Positions 1-12,024 of a DNA stretch of 64,000 nucleotides are shown here, one piece after another; within the stretch, counting starts at the first letter, position 1, and each line of letters begins with the position of its first letter. A model generated the notes under the pieces. That model did no database searches. It saw only the letters and a list, made by a program, of their open reading frames with translations, and had not been told where the DNA came from. The translations under genes and the position numbers were made by a program. Source of the DNA: Folioceros fuciformis (Eukaryota). The stretch lies in assembly GCA_049999805.1 (NCBI GenBank), contig JBNGIO010006239.1:237412-301411 (forward strand), written 5' to 3'.

Positions 1-970
1 CCCCTTATCAGGAAATCGTGCTACACTGTGTGCAGCCACACAGCTCTGGCAAGGCGCCTGATATCCCAGGGAACTAGAGCAGGTAGCACACGCAGGCTTT
101 ACAATGCAACTCATGGTCACTCCACAGCAGCAACACACACTTCCAAACCAAAACTCCCCGGATCGCTCAGAAAATACGTCGATGCTCCTGAGCTGCAGCA
201 GCTTGAATTCTCGCTACTGCTCGCCCTCTGATACTGCGAATCCGAGGTCTTCAGAACAAACCCCCAGAGTGAGGTTGGCGAAGGTGGGAAGGCGATGAAC
301 AGCATCCGCGATTCATCTGAGTAGATATTCGAAAACGGCATTGGCATCCTGGATATGCTTGGTTTTTTTTTTGCCAGTCCTGGCCAAAGGGATATGTGAC
401 GAATATAACTGCACGGTCTGGTGTCCCCTTCTGTCCGTGCACGCTCTGTGTAGCCCAATTGGCGTAGACCAGATTCAGCTTCTGGGCTCTTCCCCTCAAT
501 TGGCTAAAGTTATCTTAGGTGATAGCCAATGGGACAAGTCCACGCTTCCATATAGAAAACCCGCTGTACCGCATCGTCCACAAGTAAAAGGTCTCCTCAA
601 CCACAACAGAGTGTGGAAGTGCTTACACGAATGCCTAGTAAAATGGACTCTAATAGAATTCTTCTAGAGTCAAGTGATGGAGATCAATTTCCAGACATTA
701 GAAAGGGTAATCTGGCTGTATGTTTCATCACGTTACGAAGGTGACACTAGGCGAGACAGTGATACACAGGGAGAGATTGAACATTCCTGTCTGGATTCCT
801 TGGAAGCCCTTTCGAACTGTGGCCGGACATGACATGATCAAGGATGAAAATGCAGAATGAAAACTGACCAACACCTGTGGTCATCAGAGAGACACACACG
901 AAACATCATGATCATCACTTAACACGTTCCTATAGGAATGAAGACGAACTATACCTGTAAAAGTACAGGC

Positions 971-2538
971 TTAAGATGTGTTTTTATGAAGGAAAGCTAT
1001 GGCAAGGGCTACATGCAAGGCAGCACCTATTGGCAGGGCATCCTCGTCTATTCGAAAATAGGGTGAGTGGGGGAAGAAGGTGGACCCGAGTTCTTCGTTC
1101 CTGATGCCAAGCACAGTGAAAGCCCCTGGTATCCTTTGCAAATAGTACGAGAAGTCCTCAGATGCCATCACTTCCTTGCATGGGAGCACATTGCTCGCAC
1201 CCAACAGCTTCGTACCCACGTTAACAACATGATTGTACGAATGCATCTCGTTGATAACGGCCGGTGTCGGATCATAGGTGTCTTCGTGAAAATTTACTTT
1301 CGCTTTGCATCCAGACACAGCAGCTTGGCCCACAAAGACCTGCAAGAAAGCGGATTACTACAGAAAGGCCATAGTCCGTAGAGAGGTTGAGGTCAATGTT
1401 GCAACGCAAGTGGGAGGTACCTCCTCGATTCTCCGTTTCATTCTCGCGTATCCTTCATTGGAGAAGGTTCGCCAGCATCCCTTCACGATAGCGGAGTTAG
1501 GTATCACATTGAAAGCAGACCCAGCGTGGACGCTGGTTACAGATAGCACCTGTGGTGACAGCCAATTTCGTGAGAGGGGGTTACGGTACTGTTGGCGACC
1601 AATACCACAGGTGCTGAAAAGAGCCACTGTACCTCACTTTCAAGAGGATTCGTTTCTCTGGAGATAATATGTTGCAGATTTAGGATGGCGAGAGACGTCG
1701 CAAGAATGGCATCCTTGCTCTCATGAGGAAGAGCAGCATGCCCGCCTTTTCCTTCGATTTCAACCTCAAAGATACCACATGCTGCTAACATTGGCCCTGA
1801 CTTGATGGCAATCGAACCAGTGGGATAGTCGTTGCTGACATGGATCCCAAAGATGCCGTGTACTTTGTCTAGTACACCAGATTCCATGATAAGCTTAGCT
1901 CCAGCCCCACCTTCCTCGGCTGGCTGAAATACCAGAAGCACAGTGCCCTGCAACGCAGCAGAAGCGTCAGTGCATTCCTTGGTATACACCACATGGCAAA
2001 CCACTCAGCCTTGTCAAACAGAGACTGAAGCACCTCAAAATCGTTTCGACGTTCTTGCAGGAGTTTGGCAGCTCCAAGTAGCATAGCCACATGGGCATCA
2101 TGACCACAGGCATGCATCACCCCATCAACCTGGCTCTTATGCTCCCAATTTTCCAGTTCCTGCAAAACTCAACATGTGCTCTCTCAGCACTCGGCTACTC
2201 ACCTGCACTCATCTCTTCCCCAGCAAGGGGAGCTGACTTACTTGAAGGGGAAGGGCATCCATGTCAGCTCTCAACGCAATAAAAGGAGGATGTCCAGAAC
2301 CTATGGTGGCAATAACGCCAGTCACAGCAACTGGCCATTGGTACTTCACGCCAAGCTTGTCCAACTCGGATCTTATCAAAGCGCTGGTTTTGAACTCCTC
2401 GTACTTGAGCTCAGGATGCCGATGTATTTCCCTTCTCACTTTCTTCACCCAATCGACAAACTCCAGATCCTTAGTAGCTGCGTGCAGCACCTCCTGCTCC
2501 CACTCCTCCGTTCCTTTATTGAGCACTGACGAAGGCAT
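971..2538 (-). CDS. ILL: IAA-amino acid hydrolase ILR1-like (peptidase M20D amidohydrolase), 5 exons
   Basis: Exons about 2538-2242, 2159-2034, 1947-1633, 1549-1421 and 1339-971 are joined by in-phase GT-AG introns. Motifs: [63 protein letters not shown]. The start codon is uncertain. Confidence 0.93.
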
Positions 2539-2865
2539 CTTCGCTTCACTTCACGACACCAAGTGCCCACGGCGAATAGAATAGGCTCGTATGCAACAGC
2601 CCGTCATAGAAGCAGCAACGCCTACATGGGTGCACCTACCAAACTCCGCTCCGCACCTACAATCCTGTATCGAACTTCCCCGTTAAGTAAGTACGGAGGC
2701 AAAAGTTTGATCACGCGTTGAGTGTGTGCAGAGATGATGCTCTCGGTCGGCAAATGCGCCCCTACGAGAGGTATTGGACAACTCCGTCGCGTCGCCATGC
2801 GAATGAATATAGCCAGGGAATCAATTCCCCGGAAAGTTTATGCTCCCTCTGCTCCTCTCTCGATC

Positions 2866-4249
2866 ATGGGAGACGCTAGCGCCCCAGCAGTGCGAGAGCT
2901 GAATCACTCCGAAGATTTCAAGAGCATCGCCAACCAGCAAGACCTCGTCTCCATCTGCGGTTTTGGGTCGCTGCTTTCCGGTGCGTACCACTGCTGTTGG
3001 AGATCCGTCATGTTTCTGCTCGTGCACCTCACGTCAGCTGCTAACCTTTGAATTTGTTGTTGTTTGAACAGAACGGAGTGCCAGGTACACGTTTCCAAAC
3101 TTGCACAATTTCAGGGTGGCTATGCTTCCAGGCTTCAGGAGGATTTTTGCTCACACTGCACCGATATTTTTCGAACGGGGGATTGCAAATCTTGAGACGA
3201 AGGTTGGTGCGGTCACCATCTCAGCAATTGCGCTTACTGTTCTTCAAGTCAGGTAGCTCAGACGAACTTGCTATCCGGCGAGTGTACTTCTAAAATCTCA
3301 CGTGGAGTTTGGAGTGCGCAGGAGATCTCCAGTCTCAGTGTTGAGCCTTCTGCAGAGAACATTGTCCTGGTGACTGTGTTCGAAATCTCCTTAGCTGAGG
3401 TGAGAAGAGGGATTAGGTTGACGACGACAGAGCATAAAGCTTCCTGTCTGAAGATTCTCAATGTTGCTCGGGTTTTGGAGCAGGTGCCGGCTTTCATCGA
3501 ACGCGAATATGAATTCCGTTTCCTAGTGGTGCGTTAGTGTTACCCAGGATTGGACCAATTCATGCCTGTTTGCGCTTGTTGTCCTCAGGTGGAAATAAAC
3601 ATTTGCCGTTCTGCAGGTTAATCCCCAATATGCAGAAGGAGAGCCGTCAAAGGAGTTAGCGGTAATTCTGCATATTTGCAGGACATCCTGCAACTTGCTT
3701 GTGTTGTTGTGGGTTCATCTCGTCTTCTGTGACGTGTGTGTCCAATTTTTTCAGTGCCTACTGTACTGAGCAGGTTGTGTGCAGTAAGTACACGGACGAG
3801 GAATTTTTCAAGATAAGGTGTCGAGGTATGAAGGAGACTGCTCGTTTCTGTGCCACCAAGTGCTTGATTAACGCTGTGTGATCCTGTGGCTAAGAGTGGT
3901 TGCTATCGCAGGGGACGCCCAGGAATATGACAAGAGATATGGCAAGTACGGCATTCGTAAGATATGGCAAGATGATATTTTGCCTTGCCGCACCTATCTC
4001 CGACACTGGTACATAATAGCCCTGCTTCAGCACCAACTTCCAGTAGAATTCTAAGTCACAGTTCTAATTGCTTGTAATTTCATCAGTGTTTTGGCAGCCA
4101 AAAATCTGGGAGAAGAGGCTTACAACAATTTCCTAGACCACACCTATCTGGCGGACAGAAAAACAACAATACGACAGCATCTAACTGTCGACCCCACTAT
4201 AATGGAAGAAGAGCCTCCACCTTCACTTCGAGTTCGATATGGAGGCTGA
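2866..4249 (+). CDS. Uncharacterised plant protein with gamma-glutamylcyclotransferase/ChaC-like fold, about 8 exons
   Basis: Spliced reading: ...LVSICGFGSLLS / ERSARYTFPNLHNFR..GFRRIFAHTAPIFFERGIA / EISSLSVEP / VPAFIEREYEFRF / ...ILPCRTYLRHC / VLAAKNLGEEAYNNFLDHTYLADRKTTIRQHL...RYGG, with TGA at 4247-4249. GFGSL is the GGCT-like N-terminal motif. An in-frame upstream ATG at 2797 is a possible alternative start. Confidence 0.75.
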
Positions 4250-4433
4250 TGGCATTGAATATGGACTCAATTACTTCTTAGCCCAACTGTGCAAATGTAA
4301 GTAGCCTAGAGAGTTGGAGTACTGTGACATTGGACAGAGCGACTATTCACCACAGAAGATCAGGCAGTGCAGCCTACAATTCAACATCCTCACTCAATCA
4401 CACGCAGCATCTCCAGCTGTGTCCTGTCTTGCT

Positions 4434-5129
4434 TTACCGAGCCTTCCCCCTCCTTTGTACGTCGTAAAGCACACATATATCGGCAGCATTCTTCATCTGC
4501 ACAACATTTACGAACTGCTTGATGAGACATCCAGGAAGAGCTAGAAGGCCTATCAACGCCAAGGGTGATTTGCTAGCCACTCCAACCGCAACTGCCTTGT
4601 AAATGTCCCCAGAATCTGGGCTCGAGAGCAGATACAGAGCAACGTAAAGAACTTCTGCGCTGACACAACAGTAGCCCATAAACAGACGGTATTGATAATA
4701 AGCCCTCAGGAGATTGCTGTTGCTGTCCGCAACGTCTTTATGGCTTACTTTGCTTGACAAAAATGTGCTGTACATCTGGAGCCAATGGCTGGCTATATCA
4801 AGGGCCAGCAGACCTAGAAACAACAAGAAGAATGGCCGGTAAAGCTGGGAGAGCACCACCAGAAGTGCAGCTGTGCTGACCCTGTCCGTTACCATATCCA
4901 AAACGGCTCCGAATGTGGAGGTCTGGTTCAACATGCGAGCAAACCTCCCATCTAGCTCATCGCAGATGAAGCTTATCAGATATAGCACAGCGAAGAGTTG
5001 CTTGTTACTGAAAGTGACTGCAAAAGCCACAATATTTGCCAGCACCCTTGCATATCCGATCAGATTCGGAACATAAAGGTAGATTGGCCAGTTCGATGTA
5101 GCACGCACCTCCCCCTTCGTCTCCGCCAT
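4434..5129 (-). CDS. PIS1: CDP-diacylglycerol--inositol 3-phosphatidyltransferase (phosphatidylinositol synthase), single coding exon
   Basis: Continuous ORF with IYLYVPNLIGYARV, the CDP-alcohol phosphotransferase motif DELDGRFARMLNQTSTFGAVLDMVTDR, and LDIASHWLQMYSTF. ATG at 5129. Confidence 0.95.
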   Translation of the reverse strand: MAETKGEVRATSNWPIYLYVPNLIGYARVLANIVAFAVTFSNKQLFAVLYLISFICDELDGRFARMLNQTSTFGAVLDMVTDRVSTAALLVVLSQLYRPFFLLFLGLLALDIASHWLQMYSTFLSSKVSHKDVADSNSNLLRAYYQYRLFMGYCCVSAEVLYVALYLLSSPDSGDIYKAVAVGVASKSPLALIGLLALPGCLIKQFVNVVQMKNAADICVLYDVQRRGKAR

Positions 5130-5752
5130 CACCAGCTTTGAAAGAATCCTTTTAAACACACACTCCCACCTGCCCCACTGTCCCTGCCTCAGGATCGATC
5201 GTGAAGGTCAGTCTCTCCGATGCGAAGATCAACATACATACCTAGGTTACAAGATAGTGCTCCACAGTGTGTAAGAGAAAATAGAAACACGTGCCACCTC
5301 ACCTGATGTTCTCCCGATCTCTCCTGCGCATCCGCAATTAGGGTCTGGACTCGCAGCACCACGGGCAAAGATTACTGAGGTCGCTGGAGGTTGATGAGGC
5401 TCTCTCTCTCTGCCTCGCGTCAGGACGTCTCCCGCACATCCCGTTGTCGCACCCTTGTTTCGACACACGGTAAGCACCTTCTACATCACACCCTGGTGGT
5501 TACGTCAGCAAAGTTTGGAAACCCAGATCTCTTGGTTCTGAGCTCGGTAACTTGGCGCATGATGTGAGTGAAACATATAAATTGATTAGGCTTTCCATGC
5601 AATGTACACACTTTGTCGAGAGTCCAGGGACTCAGGAGGATCTCAGGCTGATTGTTGTTTCCATATGCATCTCTATATGTTTGTTGCTTAGCTGCCTGAG
5701 CTACAGGAACATGAATGGCTGAGAAGTAGGCGTGCAATCCTGCAAGGCCAGC

Positions 5753-6894
5753 ATGAAGATATTGGTGGCAGTAAAGCGTGTGATCGATTATGCTGTCAAG
5801 ATCCGGGTCAAGGCTGATAAGGTGAGGGGATGTAAATTCTTGTGCTTGCTCGTGATTTGGTAGCACGTAACTCATTGAAGTTGTTCTACAGACGGGCGTG
5901 GAGACAGCAAATATGAAGATGTCTATGAATCCCTTCTGTGAAATTGCTTTAGAGGAAGCGCTACGGATGAGAGAAGCTGGAAAAGTAACGGAAGTGGTGG
6001 TGGTGAGCATGGGGGGTTTACAATGCACCGAGACACTTCGGACCGGCTTGGCTATGGGTGCGGATCGGGCAATTCACGTGTCCACCGAAGCACCTCTGTT
6101 TCCTTTGGCCGTGGCTCGGCTTCTCAAGGCAGTCGTTGCGAAGGAACAACCACAGCTTCTGTTTCTGGGAAAACAGGTCGTGCTCAATCGTGTTTGTGTT
6201 GGAGCACCTCTGTTCTTCCCTGTGAACTGTTGACGAGCTCCCCAAGCTGCTGTGCTAATACAGCTCGCATCATTGTTCAGGCAATAGATGGTGATTTTCA
6301 TCAAACGGGGCAGATGGCTGCCGGGCTATTGCGATGGCCACAAGCGATTGCTGCCTCCAAGGTGAGAGTCCGCTCAACAGCCCTCTATGCTGCCGGTTGT
6401 TGTCATGTATGTGGGAGAAAGACGAGTAACAGGGATCACCGTGATTTGGAACAGGTTGCTCTGGATAAGGATGCGGGTGTTGTGAATGTTGAGAGAGAAG
6501 TGGACGTTGGGTTGGAGACACTCAAGTTGAGGCTTCCTGCTGTCATCACGTAAGGCACAAAACCTCAACATTCAGAATTCCCAACTTGTGTTCCCGTCCT
6601 TTTTGTTGGATTTCAGGGGCATGACGTCGTCCTGCTCTCCTCCTTACGTCTGTTCCGTGGAGTCACAGAACCGATTTGCGCTTGAACCAGCCGAGGTATG
6701 CGACACTGCCCAATATTATGAAGGCCAAGAAGAAGCCCATTACGAAGTTCACTCCAGAAGAGTTGCAAGTTAGTGTTGAATCTGACTTGGAGATCTTAGA
6801 AGTAGTAGAGCCCTCCAAGAGGAAAGCTGGCGTGATGTTGTCATCCGTAGATGAGCTCTTGGACAAGCTCAGAAACGAGGCCAACGTGTTGTAA
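5753..6894 (+). CDS. ETFB: Electron transfer flavoprotein beta subunit, 5 exons
   Basis: [20 protein letters not shown] / [16 protein letters not shown]...[11 protein letters not shown]...LGKQ / AIDGD..QTGQM.AGLL.WPQA / VEREVD.GLETL.L.LPAVIT / [23 protein letters not shown]. Exons about 5753-5821, 5892-6176, 6281-6361, 6455-6549, 6670-6894. Confidence 0.96.
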
Positions 6895-7342
6895 TCTCGA
6901 TCGTGTGAAGGATGGTGAAAGGAGGAACAATTGGAGTTCCGTCTCCCCTAATTGTGCGTACGTGTTCAAAGTACGAAACACCCAACAGCCAAACGAACGA
7001 CCAGATTCCCTCCTCACCGCGCCTCTCCAGCTCAGGTCCGTCAAGGCACAGGAATACACTCTGGCGCACCAAGCAGCTTGTATTGGCCGCTCAGAGAGAT
7101 ACAGCCTTCCGTTTCTTGAATACTTGCCATTCTGAGTCCTCCATCAATTTGCTGGTCTGCACCCGGGAACCTATTCACAGGACTTGTGGTGGTTGCCCGA
7201 CAGCGTACCCTGCCACGACGTTTTTCTTTCTCTCCCGCGCAGCATCACGGGCAGTATTGTCCTCAGCAAGTGAGCTGAGCTTGGACATGGAAATAGACTG
7301 GCATCTGTACGCGGCTGCTAGCTGGAATTGACAAGGATCAAG

Positions 7343-10300
7343 ATGCCCAGTGCGCTCAAGATAGAGCGTTCTTCACCCAAACTGGGCGGGTGGCAAGAAC
7401 GATGGGACTTTGATGACGACGCGGCAGATGAGAGCCTTATGGAGTTCTGCAAACCGATTGAGTTTTACAACATTCTGAAGCATCGCTTTGCCCAGCTGGT
7501 CAGTGGAGCACCAGCGTTGCTTTCTGCCCGTCCTGCTGAGATCAAACCCTCATTTGTCTCCATGCTGTTGGCTGCGCTAGCTTCGTCAGCATAATAGTGC
7601 ATATGCTGTGTACTCACTCTGCTATTGTTCCCCAGCCAATTTTTCTACCCCGGACGCTGAGGTATAAGATTGAAGCTGCTCGGCTCAAGAGGTGTGTACT
7701 TTCTGAGCTAGTGCGTATCACCAGGGGTGCTGCCAGTAACGCTAGGTGGGATGTCTCAATTTTGTCTCTCACCTTTGGCCAGGATAAGGATGACGGTTTC
7801 TGTCACGGCCTGTCTGGACTCGAACGGTAGTCTTCCAAGAGGGGTACTTCAGAAATTTGGAGCAGGGCAAGTTGAGGGAGTCCATGTATATGTCATGGAA
7901 ACCGTCCCGTTGATATCTAGTACGATGGTGGGTTGAATATGATTTCCTCTACGGTGAGACAAATCTCTGCTTAATGTCTCCCCACATTTCTTTGCATTCT
8001 TGCTGAGATCACTTCACTGGCTCTGTGGGCAGGGCGACTATTGGTTTGCTTTGGGCGAGCCTCTACTTTTGAGAGCACCTTTGCAAAAGACGTCGTCCTC
8101 TCAGAATCATGGCTTTTGTGATACTGCTCTATTTAGGCTTGAAGACATTCGTAAGGTTACATCACGAGCCAAGAGAGATGGTGCAGTCGTTCTTTTCCTC
8201 ATTCTACGTAAGCGATTATCAGTGTCTGCAATGACATGCTTACCTTCCAAAGGCGAGTTATCATGCAGCACTACTAAAAACTTGTTGCTTGCCCAGTTGA
8301 ACCTGATGCTTCTCGAGCTGGGAGAGACAGCCACTTCCGCACTTTAGGTATGTTGGTCATATTCTTTGGGCATTTCTTAGTCTGGAAGGCCATATTCAGA
8401 GAGATGTGAACCTGGATTGTAATCAAATTGGTTCTCAGTCAATTGCAGTGGACGTGTTCTGTGGGCCAAGTTGGCAATGGGGCCTCTTTGTAGCAGTTGG
8501 TCTAACGCTAACAAAGAAAAGCCTCTTGAGACAACCCACTGTGTGGATCTGCAGCACGCAAGTTTACAGGTTTGTCCCTTTCATCTGTAAAGAGCTTTGC
8601 TTAGAGCGAAGCTTTCACTGCAGGAGAGTAGAGAGGATTGTCTTGGCAGGGAAGACACTGTCCCACAATGTACCTGCCAGGGACTTATTGATGTTTGCTC
8701 CTGGCAGCACGGAGACTCTGCTGGCCAGCGGGGAATTAAACTGTCTGCAAGGGGTGTGACCGGACGAAATGGGGTCAGTGGGCAGTTAATGTGCATAGTT
8801 TCCCACCAGACATGTTGTGTTGCAAGAGTTTAAAGTGACTTCTGTCGTAAATCAAGTACAGGTTCAGCTGCAACTTTGCATTTCAGGGTCAGAACTCGGC
8901 CAGTGCTTTACGCCAGGTGTTCAAGCAAATGCACCCTCTGCTGCGCTTGTTCACAGGCCAGCTCTGCTATCTGTTTCCAGGTATGGCTTATGCACGGTTA
9001 GCTAAGCGTCTCTACTGTGACGTCTATGTTCTCTGCCTCACGTGTAACTTCTTCGCATGCAGACAACCTGCACGTGTCATATTCCATTTTCTCTATGGGA
9101 AGTCGAACATCTTACAGCAAACTCAAGGTAAGCCAGACTCTCAACATCGTCCTCGTTTTGTTTCTCTCACAGCACTAGCGTGCCTATCATTGCTCTAAAA
9201 GTATTTCGGTTAGTGAATTGTAGTCAATCCCCATGAATATGGTCACTATCGTCTGTCAGGTTGTAACCTTTTTTTGCACATGCATCTGATGTCTCTTGAG
9301 TTGGCTATTTGCAGACACGGATGTATTCTCCTGTCCTGTATGCTTAGTCTCTTGCTGCAGCTTCAAGGTTAGTAATCCTCGTCTCCTACATATGGGCCAT
9401 CGGCTAGAGAATTGTTTTGAAGCAGCAAAACACATGATGACACACCTGGTCTGTCTAAACTTTGTTCACAGGGGTTGCGGTGTCACTTGAATGCTTGTCA
9501 CGATCTCTTCCACTTTGAATACCTGGTTAGTAAGTGATGTCACCATTCAGAAACATTAATAATGGGCAAGTATGCTCACCTCAGGAGATCTTTGCTACAG
9601 GCCTATGAGAATTATCATGTAGTCACTGTCTCCATCCGGGATGGGGTTCTGGGAAATGAGGTACTCAACTCTGCTTGTTGCCGCTGCACGCTTTTGTCTC
9701 AGAGGTTATGACAAGGCACTGAGGTATATGCATTCTGTTCATATGATCAGACAGGAATTCTATGAAAATCATGTCTGAATTAATTGTGCATTGTAGGGTG
9801 TGAATTGGAAAGTGGTTGGCCAAAATCTTGACACCCCAGCAAAGACGTTCACCTACGTGTAGGTGCACAGTTTTTGACACGCTATTTCAGAAATTTCATC
9901 ATTTGGGTTCTCAATGTTTAGAGCAATCTTTAAGTACTGATATGTAGAATTGTTCTGTGACTTGCCACTGTGAACGACGTTGACAATCTGCTCGCGTCTG
10001 AACGCAGTTCACGGCGCTATTCAAGGTTAAAACGGCAAGAAGGTTGGAAGAGGAGAGGGGAATCCCTTGATCGCAAGTCAGATTCCCTGGACGAGGGCAT
10101 TGATGACAGAATTCGACAGCTGTCTGTGCACGAGCCTGCAGCATTGCGTGGTGATGAAGATCCGTTTGGCAGTGTCATGGACCAATTTACAAGTATGAAT
10201 GTTCATCCCGGCAGTGGTGAAAGATCAGAAATCCACTTTAAGGAGCCAAGCCCTAGTGTGGCCTCATCTGCCGAGCCTCAGCCACTCCACCAAGCTCGGG

Positions 10301-11432
10301 AGGAGGCTTTTCCTAGGGACAGTCCAGTTTTGATTCGGCTTGATTCGTCAAGAGCAGCAGAGACCCTTGACAGTGGTAAGTGAAGGCTGTTTTCACTAAC
10401 CAGTGTTGAAACCACGGAGAAGTGGAATGCATCACGAATTTCGGTGCTCCTGTCATGCTGAAAATAGAGGGGCGAGGAGTGTTAACAAAGGAGTCACGCA
10501 AATCCTCTGCTGAGAAATTTGAAGCCCGGAAGTAAGTATCCGTACGGACCTTTTGATGATGCGACATAGGGCTCTGCACGCTGGCAGTGAATCTGATGGC
10601 TTTGCGACTGTTGGCTACTGCTCCAGCCGTGCCGCTTTGTCAAGGCAGCAGTTTTTCCACTCGCATACTGCACAGGTTCGCTGTCAAGGGGACTGTCAAG
10701 CTGTGATTGTTTGCCACAGCACTTAGTGGACTTGATATCCGATGACTGAGGTTTTTCATTCTCAATGGTGGGCTGGTGTAGCCTATGTCTCTTGAAGAGG
10801 TATTTGGAGACGACGACAGTGAGGCAGAAGTGGATGATGAGATTGCAGCCATCGAGGATCGAAGGGTAATTTCATCATTTGGATGTGCTAGTTGTGGGCT
10901 GCGATGCGGTGATTCCACACACACGAGGGGTCTTTTTATCTCATGGGCAGACAATGTGTGTTGTTGCAGTTGCTAGATGAATTTGTGGACGTCCAGCCTG
11001 ATGAGAAGGAACTAATGCACATGTGGAACTGCTTCGTCCGCAAGCACAGGTAGTGCGCCGTTTATCTAAAAGCAGGCATCTGTTCGTCAAGCACTGGGGA
11101 AGGGAAGGGAAGGAGTGTGACGCATTTTCTCTTGCCTGGTGCAGGGTCATTGCTGACGGACATTGCACCTGGGCATGTGAAGCATTTGCCAAGTTCCACG
11201 CCGCCGACTTTGCTAAGAAGCCTTCTCTGCGCTGGTTCTTATCCTTTTACAGAGCTGTGGAGGCCCCATGTTTGCAAACCGTTCTACATTCTGTCTAACG
11301 TATGTGCTCTCCATCTGCAGGTGTATGTTGATGCTTCTCGTAAAACTGTGGGACCATCAGCTTGTGGACGGCGGTACAATAAATACATGTTTGCGGATCA
11401 TAGACGAGAGCATAGACGCTGCGGCATCGTGA
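7343..11432 (+). CDS. EMF2: VEFS-box Polycomb PRC2 subunit (EMF2/VRN2/Su(z)12-like), multi-exon
   Basis: N-terminal AADESLMEFCKPIEFYNIL and PIFLPRTLRYKI. C2H2 finger FSCPVCLVSCCSFK/GLRCHLNACHDLF. VEFS box RQFFHSHTAQ/PMSLEEVFGDDDSEAEVDD...LLDEFVDVQPDEKELMHMWNCFVRKHR/VIADGHCTWACEAF...LVKLWDHQLVD. TGA at 11430-11432. Orthology within the family was not tested. Confidence 0.9.
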
Positions 11433-11589
11433 CTCTCAAGCTTAAACCCAAGGAGTCTCCGGAGTTCGTGGACGAAGGTCTAATTTAAGTTTTAGCCAAG
11501 CATTAGCTTGAGCTAATGATTATTCTATACCATGGGTGGAAATCAATTGCAATGCTGTCTTGTCATCGATATGTTTGCACACGTAAAAT

Positions 11590-11669
11590 CTAAACGTTTT
11601 CTTCTATCTACTCTTAGAAAAGGCAGCCCCTAAACGTCTTCTTCTATCTACTTTTAGAAAAGGCAGCCC
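11590..11669. repeat. 40-bp direct tandem repeat, 2 copies
   Basis: ctaaacgt(t/c)ttcttctatctact(c/t)ttagaaaaggcagccc occurs twice with two mismatches. Confidence 0.85.
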
Positions 11670-12024
11670 TAATAATTGTCTGAACCGTCTTCAAAAGTTC
11701 TTTACTCCCACACAAGGCATACATGATTTGCGCGCGTAAAAGACAAGGCCCCATCTATGTACAGTACCATTCAGGCCAAACTAGGGACATAACACGTGGG
11801 TTTCACATTCAAATATTATATTAAGAGAACTAGATTGAAGCCATCTTCAAGGAGGTGCATCGTCCTCATGATCCACCTCCTACTATCTATCCATGATCCA
11901 GCTACCACTCATCAGGACCGAAGTGTGACGTAAGGAAGTAGCATTTTCTTGAGCTCCGCGAGCCTGCCTCATATGAGATTCTCAATCTGTTTGGTACCGG
12001 ATGAAGTACGGGTGTTCCCTCTCG

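Noticed and set aside
1-900. Short ORFs at the window start
   Set aside because: No recognisable motif or consistent exon chain in any frame.
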